A DNA stretch of 64,000 nucleotides from Octopus vulgaris (GCA_951406725.2 OX597822.1:28892001-28956000); one strand, 5' to 3'. Positions 25,969 through 38,838 are shown, counted from the stretch's first letter. Translations and numbers: made by a program. The notes: generated by a model from the letters alone, not told the origin.

Positions 25969-27174
25969 CAAGTGGCATTCCAGAAGTTTTGAGACTGGTT
26001 TGTGAGAGGCAATTATAACTGTCCTAGATTACTGTAACTTTAGTATATCATTACTAAACATCTAACAAGCTTAAAGTAAAGATTATTTGCCAACATAACA
26101 TGGCAGTCCTGGTTTAGGACGAATGTTGCTGTAATTTAGCCTCAGGAGACATCGTCTCCAGCTGGCTAACGACACGATCTGTGTCCTTATATTTTCGAAA
26201 ATATAAGGCAGCGATCTGGCAGAAACGTTAGCACGCCGGGCGAAATGCTTAGCGGTGTTTCGTCTGCCGTTATGTTCTGAGTTCAAATTCCGCCAAGGTC
26301 GACTTTGCATTTCATCCTTTCGGGGTCGATAAATTAAGTACCAGTTACGCACTGGTGTCGATGTAATCGACTTAGTCCCTTTGTCTGTCTTTGTTTGTCC
26401 CCTCTATGTTTAGTCCCTTGTGGGCAATTAAGAAATAAGAAACATTCGTCCTAAACCAGGATTGCCATGTTATGTTGGCAAATAATCTTTACTCTAGAGT
26501 ACTATTTCTAAATATCTCTCGTTGAGAGATTTACAAATAGTAATTTTCTATCTAACAAGCTGACCTGCCAACTTTATTATTCCAGACTGAAGTCGACGAT
26601 TGTAAGAGCACTTTGAATCTATCCTACTAAACAATGCTTGTCACAGCTGACGAGTATGCATAACGGAGTCAGGACGTGAGGACAATTTAGAAGCTTGCTA
26701 TGTAATAAGGTTTTGTGTTAAACTGAGCAAAAATGAAACAAACTTATGTAATGTTTCCGACTGCTTACGGTTCCCTCTGGCCAAGCAGTCAACAAAGAGC
26801 ACTTTGTGGAGATATGGGAAAAGTTCATCAAAGAAGGCAAAAGCACCAGTCCACAATTCCATTCTGGAAACCAACTGCTTGACAGAGATGGACATCAAAA
26901 CTGCCCCTTGTTCTCTCTACAGTCCAGGCCTTGCTCCCTCTGAATTTTAGTAGTTTCCTAGACTGAAGGAGAACCAACGTTCTGAAGACACTGAAAAGAT
27001 GAAGGAATCTGAGACATATGTCTTGGGCACCTACAGTTTGAAGGACTTCCGTGGGGCCTCCACGAAGTGGCTGGAGAGCTACAAAAAGGACACTGAAGCC
27101 AGACGATCCTACTTTGAAGGCGATTACTTCTTTGAAATTAATGAAAAGTCTCAAGACCTCTGGAATGCACCTTA
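25969..27174 (+). mobile_element. Decayed mariner relic with nested SINE
   Basis: Imperfect TIRs GCATTCCAGAAGTTTTGAGACT / AGTCTCAAGACCTCTGGAATGC; YSPGLAPSEF motif (cf. YSPDLAPSD) near 26915. Confidence 0.65.
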
Positions 27175-28613
27175 TATATATTGCATTTTTTAGAACAGGA
27201 CGTCTATAAGAGATTTTATCGCTTACAGACATCCCGTGCTAAAAACCACAGTATCTTGTCTGTCAATGGTGATATACATTAAATATGATACATATAGGAT
27301 AAAGACCCCCTTCGGTCATGAATGACCATGGATTGCACCTAGAAAGTTATCCTCCGAGGCACAAGTCCGAGCAAGATGCAAGGTTGTTTGTGGAAGACCA
27401 GCAGTCGCCCATACATACCAACCTCCTCTCTCCACGCCACCGATGTTATCCAAGGGAAAAGCAAAGGGGCCAATACAGCTTTGCACCAGTGACATCGCAT
27501 TTCATTTCCAAAACCGAGTGAACTGACTTTCTCTGAATTATATATTCCTCTACGGACGGGACGTCAGTCCATCGCAGGATTGCTCATTTTTACCTGCTGA
27601 GTAACGTGAAATGAAGTGTTTTGCTCAGGAACAAAACACATTGCCCGGTCCAGGAATCGAAACTACAATCTTACGATCGTGAGACTAACACCCTAACCGT
27701 TAGCATGCTGGACGAAATGCTTAGCGGCATTTCGCCCGTCGCTACGTTCTGAGTTCAAATTCCGCCGAGGTCAACTTTGCCTTTCATCCTTTCGGGATCG
27801 ATAAATTAAGTACCACTTACTCTCTGGGGTCTATGTAATCGACCTATCCCCACCCCCAAATTTTCAGGCCTTGTGCCTAAGGTAAAAAAGAAAAATAAAC
27901 CCTAACCATTAAGCCATGCGCCTCCACTATATCCCGCGTGGCCTATCTAGATGGTCCCCAAGTAGTTGACTTAAGTAGTATTAATAAGAATTTAACTATT
28001 GATAAGGATTCAAGTCAACTACCCAAATAGTAAATTCCTTGGGTAGTAGACTTAACCTATCACTCGATTTATCACCACCACTGGCACATATAAAAATTCT
28101 ATACTGAGCAAATTTAACCCTTAGAAAGGCGAAATTTGCCGCTGGAGTAAACTTACCCCAATTTGGGAATACCTGCTCTATGAGTATCTGTATCAAGATT
28201 AGAAACACTTTATTATATCTAGTTATATATTCTATGGCGTGTTACATAATTTTCTTGAAACAGGGATAAATATAGCTAAGTTAAGGCATGAAGGAAATCG
28301 ATATTACTGCTAATAATGGCATTCTCGGTTTACCGGAGACCGTTGGTTACCTGTAATGATCGTTATAATACACTATAGTGCATTAAATTATATCCCTCTG
28401 TAATACATTAATCCATGTTAATATAGTCTGTTTGTTATTTTATAGATAAAATTAAACATGCCGCCGTTTTAATTCCGGGTGATATCAGCTAAGTGACAGA
28501 ATAAAACACAATTTATGGAAAGAAAGTTGCTACAGAGAAATAAAGCAATGACGTTTTGTGTTGACTGAGAGGTTTTCTTTATTTCATTGAGTTTATTTGT
28601 CGAAGTGATTAAA

Positions 28614-28901
28614 ATGAGTTCACCTCCAAAAACGCCCGTTTCGGGTTCTACTGACCTGCAAAAAGACTCTTTGAAGGGAATACTTCCAAAAAGTATTCAG
28701 TGCATTAAGGAACTGCAAGAATACGACATGGAGCGGTTATTCAGTAGTGCTTCCACTAACTGGATGCTATCGACCGAAGAATACCGTCTCACCACTTCAG
28801 CCCCTCTTGGACTCATTGGTGGTTCGTCTCTCCTAGACTACAGGTATTGTGTCCTACTGCTGGAAGAAGATAGCACTATAAAACCTCTTGACTACAGAGA
28901 A
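28614..28901 (+). CDS. ANKAR: ANKAR coding exon 1 (MSSPPK..KPLDYRE)
   Basis: ATG at 28614, donor GAA|GTAAGT (phase 0); LDYRE joins IHQMIREL as in vertebrate ANKAR (comparison from memory). Confidence 0.85.
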
Positions 28902-29120
28902 GTAAGTTATTACCGTTATCTTTTACTTGTTTCAGTCATGAGACTCCGGCCATGCTGGGGCTCCGGCTTGAACTTTCTGGTCGAATGAATCAACCCCAGT
29001 ACTTATTCTATAAGCCTGGTATTTTTTCCATCGGTCCGTTTTGCCGAACTGCTACGTTACGGAGATGCAAGCACACCAACACCGATTGTCAAGCAGTGGT
29101 GGCGGGACAAACGCAGACAG

Positions 29121-29251
<131 letters not shown>

Positions 29252-30530
29252 GACGAGCTGCTTTCAGTATCCGTCAACCAAATCCTTTCACAAGGTTTTG
29301 GTCAGCCGGAAGCTATAGTGGAAAACACTCAAGGTCCCACTGCGTGGGACTAAACTCGGAATTATGTGGTTGGGAAGCAAGTTTCTTACCACACAGCCAC
29401 ATCTGCGCCCATAAAAGTTTCTGTCAGCAGTGGGGGTTTGGGGTTTTTTTTGGGGGGAGGGGGGTGCTACAAGATATTAATTTCAAATTTTTGGCATAAA
29501 GCCAACAAGTTCGGGGTGGAGTAAGTACGGTGCTTATCCCAAAAGGTTGAAAGGCAAACTTGACCTCGGCGGAACATGAAGACGGACGAAATACCGCTAA
29601 GCATTTTGCCCGCTGTGCTAACGATTCTGCCAGCTCACCGGCCTTTTATTACAAAATATTAATATGTAACTGCAGATCACCAGATCAATATAATACCAAA
29701 CAAGTAAAACAGTCGATTATGATTCGTATTCTTTCACGGGTACTGTGTTATGTCACTCAACACTTAACACTCAAACGGTACGAGCCATCCTGTATAAAAT
29801 GGCTACTACATGATCAGAACACTGTAGACAGCGGTAACACTGAAATTGACAAGTGTTTCGCTTTCTTTAGTTCTGAGTTCAAATATCTTGCCTTGCCTTG
29901 GGCTTTACTTTAAGAGTCCAACTCTTGATGGATTTTGTAGATGCGCCGTCATGACATTCCAACTCTTGTAGATGCGCCGTCATGGCATTCCACGTACCTT
30001 AGGTATTTTTTAAAACTTGTCAAAGACCATCTCTCTTCAGATTTATGCAAAACCAATTTCTTCCAGAAAAAGAGAGGGAGAATCAATCCATTAAGATATC
30101 AATCCCCACCATATACACACAGTCGAGACTTGTGAAAACTCTTCCAGTCTCAACAACGAAGGAATTGATCCTGACGGAGTGTCGTCTATCGCACTTAAAT
30201 AATGCGCTCAAAAGTTAGGTTCTACGTTCGTTAAACATTTTATTCTATTAAAGCTTCTTTTCATTTGAAGTTATATATATACAAACAATTTAATATTACG
30301 TGAAATATTACTCAATCCTTTTCTAGTACTGTATCTATTCATTAATTTTTACAAGGAAAAGGTTGACACTGGCTTTGAAGTTTCCGCTGATTGTGTCTGT
30401 TTATTTAATGTTATTGTCCTAAGTAAATTTTAATAATAGCAATAGAACGCTTAAGGGAGATTCGGTGGTAAACGTAGGGTCAAATTCCTTAGGAATAAGT
30501 CGCAGGCGAAACTTAATGTCCAGCCAAAAC

Positions 30531-30856
30531 GAGTGGCTGCGTGGTAAGAAGCTTGCTTCCCAACCACGTGGTTCCAGGTTCACTCCCACTACGTGGCATC
30601 TTGGGCAAGTGTCTTCTGCTGCGCCCCGAGCTGACCAACGCCTTGTGAGTGGATTTGATAGACGGAATCTGAAAGTAGCCTGTCGTGGGGGGGGGAGGTA
30701 CAGGCGTGGCTGTGTGGTAAGAAGCTTGCTTCTCAACCACGTGATTCTGGCTTCAGTTCGACTGCGTGGTACCTTGGGCAAGTGTCTTCAACTATAACAC
30801 CAGGCCAACCAAAGCCTTGTGAGTGGGATTGGTAGACGGAAACTGAAAGAAGCCCG

Positions 30857-30860
<4 letters not shown>
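30531..30860 (+). mobile_element. Two tandem copies of a CORE-like SINE head
   Basis: GTGGCTG(C/T)GTGGTAAGAAGCTTGCTT..CTTGGGCAAGTGTCTTC..GTAGACGGAAACTGAAAGAAGCCCGTCG; family also at ~11.1, 29.2, 38.8 and 62.6 kb. Confidence 0.7.
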
Positions 30861-30925
<65 letters not shown>

Positions 30926-31051
30926 CGACAAGGGTAACGATAGAATAAGTACCAGGCTTTAAAAAATATACTGGGGTCGATTTGTTCTACAAAAAACTCT
31001 TCAAGGCGGTGCCCCAGCTTGGTTTGCAGTCCAATGACGGAAGCAAATAAA

Positions 31052-31094
<43 letters not shown>

Positions 31095-31162
31095 CATACA
31101 TACATACATACATACATACATACACACATGCATACATACATGCATACATGCATGCATACATT

Positions 31163-31563
31163 ATGATTATGGCTGCCTCCTCGTTATCGAGTATGGCCAT
31201 TGCACGAAGCTTAACTGTTCCTGGTGCTGTGATCGAATGTGACTTTTTAGCCCAGCTAAATATCTACAATGTCTTGTACAAAATTGGCAACTAAAACCTT
31301 TACTGGTAATAGCCGGCTGTAGTCGTAACTGGGCTTCATGTACCTTTGCATGTCGTTTAAGTCCTCCTGCCGAATTACACTCTCTTCCACATGCCCGACA
31401 GATATGATCAGTATAGTGTGTTACACCACCACCAGTGGCCAGGTTGTCACTCATCTGTCTCGTTTTATGACTCCGAAGATGACTCATGAGTCCAGCTTTA
31501 CTGAGGCAGGGTCTTGCACAGACATTGCATGTCAGAATCAAAGGAAGACCCTTTCCTTCTGGA
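31163..31563 (-). mobile_element. 3' end of an RTE-type LINE with three C2H2-like zinc fingers
   Basis: [64 protein letters not shown], then a short tail GGCCATACTCGATAACGAGGAGGCAGCCATAATCATAAT; embedded in (CATA)n. Confidence 0.65.
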
Positions 31564-31681
31564 ATACATACATACATACATACATACATACATACATACA
31601 TACATACATACATACATACATACATACATACATACATGCATGCATGCATAATTCATTGCCTATCTACACTTTCATTTATAG

Positions 31682-31988
31682 ATCCATCAAATGATCCGTG
31701 AACTGACAAACGGAATTTATGCTTTGAACCAAACACCTTCAGTGTCTTTGGAACCAAACTATGACCAAACATCGTCATGCTGTCTTCCTGCAGCCTATGA
31801 CAACACCAAAGTTGGACAACTTTTTATCGAAGTGGACTACATGCTTAAGGCTCTCTGGCATGGTGCCTACCTACCAAAAGATAAAAGATCGAAATTTCTC
31901 GAAAAATGGCGAGCGAACTATAAAGCCAACAGTTTTGGTGTTAAAAACGAAGATAAAAGACTGATTCCGTCAGAATTTACCGGCATAG
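31682..31988 (+). CDS. ANKAR: ANKAR coding exon 2
   Basis: TAG|ATC..ATAG|GTAGAT; IHQMIRELTNGIYALNQTPSVSLEPNYDQTSSCCLPAAY..DYMLKALWHG, the conserved ANKAR N-terminal block. Confidence 0.93.
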
Positions 31989-32320
31989 GTAGATTTATTC
32001 TATAAATTACTTTTATTTATATTTAATAAGAAAATAGATCATTTGTATAAGATTTTTAATAAGTTTGTATTAGAAGTAATTTTGTATTACGTTTTTGTGA
32101 ATTAGACCTAGGCCTGCACTGATGTAGAAGATCAATGCGTGAAAGATAATCCAGTCTTGACCATCTCGTCTGTTTTCCGAAAATAGTACAGCTGGGGCAG
32201 CATTTCCAGTATTTTCTTTTTTTTTAATGCTACAGAGTGATTCAAAGATATTGACTATTATTTCTAGCATCCGAGTGACAACAGAGAGGATTTCTCGAAG
32301 AGCCATTTTGTGGTCATAGG

Positions 32321-32358
<38 letters not shown>

Positions 32359-32821
32359 ATATATACATAGATGTATAAATAATATCACCATTACAAGAAT
32401 CTTTGCCATATTTTGCAGAGAAATATGGATTAATCTATCAACAAAGAATAATAACCCAAAATAATCTATGAACAAAGAAATCCTTACACTAACATTCCTA
32501 ATCAACTGCCACTCCATAATATCTGTCAGGTGTTCTACATCTCTTTCCATGAACCATCTCTGTTTTGCCCCAAGGGTCCTCAATTCTTAGATTTCCTGAC
32601 TTTGTGTAAAAGAAAATAGAGGAGGATCGGTTAATTATGATTTTATTCAACATATTCGCTTCTCAGATACACATATTTATTGCAGCGGTCCCTCAGTTTT
32701 TCTAAGCCGTGTAAAAGAACTCGGAAGGTTAGACCTCCAACCAGGCCTTTCGTGATACTCTTAAAGCAAGGAACTTTTCAGTACCTCTTCGTATATACTC
32801 ACACACACACACACACACAAA

Positions 32822-33909
32822 GAGGAGAGAGTGCTGAAAAGTTCCTGGCTTTAACCCCTTAATGGATCAATTATTTTGACATGGCGTTTCATTTCAGAGC
32901 ACAATTTTTTATTTCCTTTTTTAATTATATACACTGTGTTAATCACAAAAAAAAAGATTTTTATCTTGTTTCTTTTATTTCTTATTATAGAAATTAAAAT
33001 GTACTTTTACTCATTTGGATTTAAACGAGTTAACTCGGACATTGAAAAAATACATATAACTTAACTATCTTTTATAAGATGTATTGCTTTTAAATCAAAG
33101 GAATTTTTTTTTAAATGAGATGGACAGTTTATTTAGAATGATAATTTTTAAAACAAGGAGTTACACACAAAGTTATCTTGCAAACATCACACATGTATCT
33201 GCTTTCTCTTCGAATCTTCTTTCCTTTAGCGTCTCTCTTCTCTGCGCATTTTGCACAGTCTTGTGGGGTTCTTTTTCTTATTACTTGGTGGTATTTCCAT
33301 TAGAAAGTGACCAGCTGGGGCAAATCTTATTGGATGTGGGATCGACGATGGTCTTCCTGACTTCGTGGGAAGCAATAAGGGCCTATATTTTTCAATAATC
33401 TTGGTGATTATTTGCATTCGAAATTTCAGCGGTTTCATAGCAGAAGCTGAAGTTTCCAAAGATGCTTAATACAAAACATAAGCATTCCAGATAGCCAAAT
33501 CCATCAAATGAAAAAATACTTTTTTATAATATTTTTCCCACGTAATTTTTTTTTCTCCGAGTAAATTCGTGAATTCTCAAAAATGAAACGACACAAAATA
33601 AATAAACTCGTTTGAGTACTAAAATTAAAAGTTAATTTTGACCGAGTATACTCGTCTAGATCTAAAAAGATACATTTGGGATGCACGAATAAACTCGGGA
33701 TAATCTATTAAGGGGTTTTAAGAGTATAGCGAAAGGCTTGGTTGGAGACCCAATCTTCCGAGATCTTTTACAGAGCTTAGAAAAACTGAATAACCGCTGC
33801 AATAAGTGTGTAAAACTGAAAGAGGAATAGGTTGAATAAAATCACAATCAACTTATCCTTTTGTATTTTCTTTTACCTAAAGTCAGGAACTTTTCAGCAT
33901 ACACTCGTA
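32822..33909. mobile_element. Decayed non-autonomous mariner-like element
   Basis: TIRs TGCTGAAAAGTTCCTGGCTTTA / TAAAGTCAGGAACTTTTCAGCA; an extra orphan right end at ~32760-32793. Confidence 0.55.
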
Positions 33910-33977
33910 CATTATCATGGATTGCATCTAGATCTTGCAAAATTTAAGAAACATTCGTCTGCAAATGATGATAATGG

Positions 33978-35044
33978 GGATCTTTACCTTTTGACCGACA
34001 GATTTTTAAAATAATTTTTTGTAACTAAACACTTTCAAACTTCGGACACTGGTAGAATATATCATATAAAGAAGGCGCAATGGCCCAGTGGTTAGGGCAG
34101 CGGACTCGCGGTTTCGATTCCCAGACCGGGCGTTGTGAGTGTTTATTGAGCGAAAACACCTAAAGCTCCACGAGGCTCCGGCAGGGATGGTGGCGATCCC
34201 TGCTGTACTCTTTCACCACAACTTTCTCTCACTCTTACTTCCTGTTTCTGTTTTACCTGTATTTCAAAGTGCCGGCCTTGTCACTCTCTGTGTCACGCTG
34301 AATATCCCCGAGAACTACGTTAAGGGTACACGTGTCTGTGGAGTGCTCAGCCACTTACACGTTAATTTCACGAGCAGGCTGTTCCGTTGATCGGATCAAC
34401 CGGAACCCTCGTCGTCGTAACCGACGGAGTGCTTCCCTCGATATCATATAAAACATCTTTTACTCTTAGCGTTTTTTGAGAAAAGCTTATATTTAGGAAG
34501 TTATTTCACGTTAAAGTTGTATTTCGATAATTTCAACCAATCAATGACGTGTATTCAGCTGAATAAATTTACTGCCGTTGTTTGTCAACAACAACTATCG
34601 GCGGTGTATTTTTCGTTTGTCACTGTTATTTATGACATCGTTCGTGCGTTTGTACTGGTTTTAGCGTTAAGTTTTTAGGGTTACGGTTAAGGTTTTAGGG
34701 TTAGGGTTAGGGTTTTAGGGTTAGGGTTAGGGTTAGGGTTAGAGTTAAGGTTTTAGGGTTAGGGTTGTCATAAATAACAGTGACAAACGAAATATACACC
34801 ACCGGAAGTTCTTGTTGACAAACAACAGCATAATTTTATTCAGCTTAATACATGTCATTGATTGGTTGAAATTATCGAAATACTACAACTTTAACGTGAA
34901 ATAACTTCCTAAATATAAGCTTTTCTCAAAAGCGCTAAGAGTAAAAGATGATTTATATGACACATTCTATCAGTGTCCGGATTTTGAAAGTGTTTAGTTA
35001 CAAAAAAATATTTTTTAAATCTGTCGGTCAAAAGGTAAAGATCC
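33978..35044. mobile_element. Long palindromic MITE with GG termini and a central TTAGGG tract, interrupted by a SINE
   Basis: GGATCTTTACCTTTTGACCGACAGATTT..AAATCTGTCGGTCAAAAGGTAAAGATCC; arms ~290 bp after removing the SINE; 8-bp TSD GATAATGG/GATATTGG. Confidence 0.85.
34071..34440 (+). mobile_element. tRNA-derived SINE nested in the MITE, 12-bp TSD
   Basis: TSD ATATCATATAAA at 34059-34070 and 34441-34452; A/B boxes present. Confidence 0.88.
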
Positions 35045-35581
35045 GATATTGGTTCTAGACAAATATACAAATATCGACTCTTATAGATATAGATACTAAT
35101 GTGAGTGAATATGTGTATGTGTGTGTGTGCGCGCGCATGTGTGTGTAAGTAGGAAACAGCTTGTTTTATTTTGGTTTTTTTTTTTGTTTTTTTCAAGCAT
35201 GTTATTATATTAAAACATATTCAAGTTTGACCATTTTTGTTAAGGATTTTTTTCATATTTTCTTGTTAATCGTTTATATTTGGTCAGCAACAGTGTTCCT
35301 AATCCTAAATCCATCATGGAGACTTCCCAATCTGATTTTAAAATTAAACTGTTTTAACGGAGTACATGTGCGTTCGCGCGTGTGTGTGTGTGCATTGCAT
35401 GATATATATTGCATACATATATATGTCTGCATGTATATATGCATGTATTTACATATGTATTTATATATACAATGTATTATTATACATATGCAAAAACAAG
35501 GGGAGGCGCAGGTAATAACATTAAAAATAAATACCACTTTACCCCTGGTGTCTGTATATATTTACATATTTCTCATCTCAG

Positions 35582-35998
35582 GTATGATCGACCTCATGAA
35601 AGACCCTGAAATTTCTGCAGCTTTTCCGAAATCCACACCCGATACCATCTCCAGCTGTCGTACATTTTCAGTGCTCAGCGACTACTTGAGTATGCAAATG
35701 CTGCTTAGTCAACTGTCAATCATCCATCACGAAGACCTTTTCATGATAAATGCAGCATGGTCGATCAGCAGTAAAGTAGTGTTGAGCAATGACAAAGCCG
35801 ATCCTGAGACTATAGCGTCGTTAAATATCTATCTCCAGCAACAAGTCGAAATCGTCAGCCGAGCGTTAGAAGTAAAGGCAAATATGAGGCGTAGCCTTAT
35901 CATGTTAAAGCTTGTCTCTTTTCTGACTACGCTTTTTGTTGGAATGAGAAAACGTATGAAAATCCCGCATAAAGACCGTTTACTGAAGCCATATCCTG
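35582..35998 (+). CDS. ANKAR: ANKAR coding exon 3
   Basis: CAG|GT..CCTG|GTAAGA (phase 1-1); GMIDLMKDPE..MLKLVSFLTTLFVGMRKRMKIP. Confidence 0.9.
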
Positions 35999-36072
35999 GT
36001 AAGACGATATTTTTTTTCTTTTTTCTTTTTTGTTAAGATTATATAGGACTGAGGTAACTCCACCAGAAGTTA

Positions 36073-36257
36073 TAGAGACATAAATAGAAGAGCGCCATAG
36101 TTATCACGTGAAAGTGGTTGAACGATATTTCGGCATCTAGCGTGCATCTAGCAGAGTGACACGTAATCTTTGAACCTGTGGAAGGCATGCTAGATGCCGA
36201 AATGTCGTTCAACCAATTTCACATGATAACTATGGCACTCTTCTATTTATGTCTCTA
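36073..36257. mobile_element. Short hairpin MITE (TA-flanked, ~73-bp arms)
   Basis: TAGAGACATAAATAGAAGAG..GGCATCTAGC versus GCTAGATGCC..CTCTTCTATTTATGTCTCTA. Confidence 0.8.
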
Positions 36258-36625
36258 CTAGCAGTATCGCCCGGCGTTGCTCGGGTTTGTAAGGGAAATA
36301 ACTATAAAGTATTTTTAGAGAGTTATAGCCAAAAAATGGAAAAGAAATGATGGTAAATTTTTTAGTTAAAAAGGTCGAGTTGCGTCCCTTAGACAGTCTG
36401 TGGTTTGTGTTTCTGATTCTCGACCCCATGTCGAATTTATCGATTTTTTTCAGAACTGGGGGAACTTTTCAAAATTTTCGCTGCGTTAGTTTTGAATTAT
36501 GACATTGGGCTATGTGTGTGTCAAGTTTCATCAGAATCGGTTGAAAGCCGTGGTCAGGGTGAGGGTACAACCTAACAGACACACAGAAACACACACAGAC
36601 AAACTGCCGTTTATATATAGAGAGA
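36258..36625 (-). mobile_element. Non-autonomous Helitron
   Basis: Minus strand starts A|TCTCTCTATATATAAAC and ends with a CCCG..CGGG hairpin followed by CTAG|T. Confidence 0.75.
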
Positions 36626-36697
36626 TTATTATTATTAATATTATTATTGTTGTTGTTGTTGTTGTTGTTGTTGTTATTGCTGTTATTATTATCATTA

Positions 36698-36743
<46 letters not shown>

Positions 36744-36755
36744 TATTATTATTAC

Positions 36756-36808
<53 letters not shown>

Positions 36809-36906
36809 GTTTGACTTTTGCTTTACATTTGTACAAGTTGGCTCCAAGTCTCACCCAGAGGCCTCAAGAGACAACAAGTTGGAAGTTCTATTGTTATTAC
36901 TATTAC

Positions 36907-36966
<60 letters not shown>

Positions 36967-36997
36967 TAATGTGGGAACATGTCGTAAGCTTTGCGGT

Positions 36998-37460
36998 AAT
37001 CAATTATTATTGTTTTACTTCTCAGATCGCTCGGTCTTGTTTGTTCTGGTAGATTCTGTGTGAGCGGACAGCAGCCTGCTGTCAGAGGTTTCACAGGGTC
37101 TCTTTCCGCACATTACAAGCTTTGATACTTGGTTGTTAATTATCGTGGGACACATTCAACATCCAAATACCAATCTCAAAATCTTATGGTAGTAGAATAG
37201 TGTTTTGGGCTTGCTCTGCTCTCGTGTGAATTCCGATTTCTCTGACATATTTCTCGAACTTGGCTATTAGTTCTCCGAGTGGCCCTACAACTGCTGGGAT
37301 GACAGACATTCTCTTCATAGCCCAGATTCTTGCAATTTCGCCTTTTACTAGTCTATACTTTTCAATCTTATCAAATTCTTTGTCACTCGTGCGTGCATCC
37401 CCAAGTATTGCAATATCTATAATCTTGGTTTCCTTTTTTCCTTTATCTACCACAACAATA
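36998..37460 (-). mobile_element. Dong/R4-like LINE 3' fragment
   Basis: IIDIAILGDARTSDKEFDKIEKYR..VIPAVVGPLG..AQNTILL (RLE domain) plus 3'UTR, next to (TAA)n. Confidence 0.75.
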
Positions 37461-37594
37461 TATGTTCATATCAATATAAACTGTTGACACTTCGTTGTAT
37501 AAGCTCAGTTATCAGCTCCGTCAGTTGTAGTACTTAATAAATTATTGAGGCAATTATTATTCATATATATCAATATATATTGTTCTCACTGTAG

Positions 37595-37699
37595 TTGATG
37601 AATGTCGAACGGAAACAGATTTACCTCCCCTCATGCTGCCACCCGAGTGCACATTTTCGTTCTTCAAAAATGAGGGACCTTATTTCCACCTTCACGGAG
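37595..37699 (+). CDS. ANKAR: ANKAR coding exon 4
   Basis: TAG|TT..GAG|GTAAGT; VDECRTETDLPPL..PYFHLHG. Not shown in this frame by the ORF track. Confidence 0.88.
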
Positions 37700-37833
37700 G
37701 TAAGTAGCCGCCATGACACTGATTTAGTGATGAATTTTCTCATAAAATCTGTTCTCTCTCTCTCTCCCAGTCTCTCTCTCTCTCCCTACCTCTCTCTCTC
37801 TTTCTCATTTATTTCTCCTTGTCGTTTAATTAG

Positions 37834-38008
37834 GAATTTCCATCGATTTTGACACACCGTCGGTTACTGAGACAGACCATTCGATAAAAGATGCTTATAA
37901 CACAGTGAAGAGTTCGGCGTTGGATCATTTAGATGAACTACTGAATAAAGAGCCGCCTTTGTTTGATCATCAGTTCAGTGTTCCGCTGCAGAAAATTGGA
38001 AATAAAAG
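37834..38008 (+). CDS. ANKAR: ANKAR coding exon 5 (inferred GC donor)
   Basis: TAG|GA; GISIDFDTPS..FSVPLQKIGNK; the phase-2 donor AAG|GCAGGT is needed to join exon 6. Confidence 0.8.
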
Positions 38009-38352
38009 GCAGGTTTTCTTTTGTTTTTGTTTTTGTTTTGTCTTTTTTTGTCTTGATAAATATATAACGAGTGAAGAATTCAGTTATCCTTTATCTTTTA
38101 CTTGTTTCATGCGGTCATGCTGGGGCACTGCCTTCAAGAACTTTTAGTCGAATGAATCAACTCCAGCAGTCTTTTTCTTTTTTTTTTCTTTTTTTTTTTC
38201 TTTTTTTTTCTTTTTTTTTTTCTTAAGCCTGGTACTTATTCTATCGGTCTCTATTGCCGAACCGCTGAATTACGGAGTTGTAAACACACCAACACCGGTT
38301 GTCAAGCGGTGGTGACGGAAAAAAAGAGACAAACACAAACACACACACACAC

Positions 38353-38400
<48 letters not shown>

Positions 38401-38457
38401 GCACGCACGCATATATGTAGAGCAGGAGTGGCTGTGCGTTAAGTAGCTTCCTTGGAT

Positions 38458-38838
38458 GGAAGCACTCCGTTGGTTACGACGACGAGGGTTCCGGTTGATC
38501 CGATCAACGGAACAGCCTGCTCGTGAAATTAACGTGTAAGTGGCTGAGCACTCCACAGACACGTGTACCCTTAACGTAGTTCTCGGGGATATTCAGCGTG
38601 ACACAGAGAGTGACAAGGCCGGCCCTTTGAAATACAGGTACAACAGAAACAGGAAGTAAGAGTGAGAGAAAGTTGTGGTGAAAGAGTACAGCAGGGATCA
38701 CCACCATCCCCTGCCGGAGCCTTGTGGAGCTTTAGGTGTTTTCGCTCAATAAACACTCACAACGCCCGGTCTGGGAATCGAAACCGCGATCCTACGACCG
38801 CAAGTCTGCTGCCCTAACCACTGGGCCATTGCGCCTCC
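38458..38838 (-). mobile_element. tRNA-derived SINE nearly identical to 34071-34440, nested in a CORE-like SINE
   Basis: Reverse complement matches the 34071 copy apart from a few substitutions and a short indel; host SINE halves lie on either side. Confidence 0.88.

Noticed and set aside
29916-29992. ~31-bp local tandem duplication
   Set aside because: Ordinary slippage duplication with no further structure.
34071-34135. tRNA genes at SINE heads
   Set aside because: A/B boxes continue into SINE bodies with TSDs; no complete cloverleaf is evident.
34675-34766. True telomere or chromosome fusion scar
   Set aside because: Short, degenerate, single-orientation tract at the centre of a MITE.
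35161-36036. 291-aa ORF as a standalone gene
   Set aside because: Only 35582-35998 is coding (ANKAR exon 3); the rest is open intron sequence.
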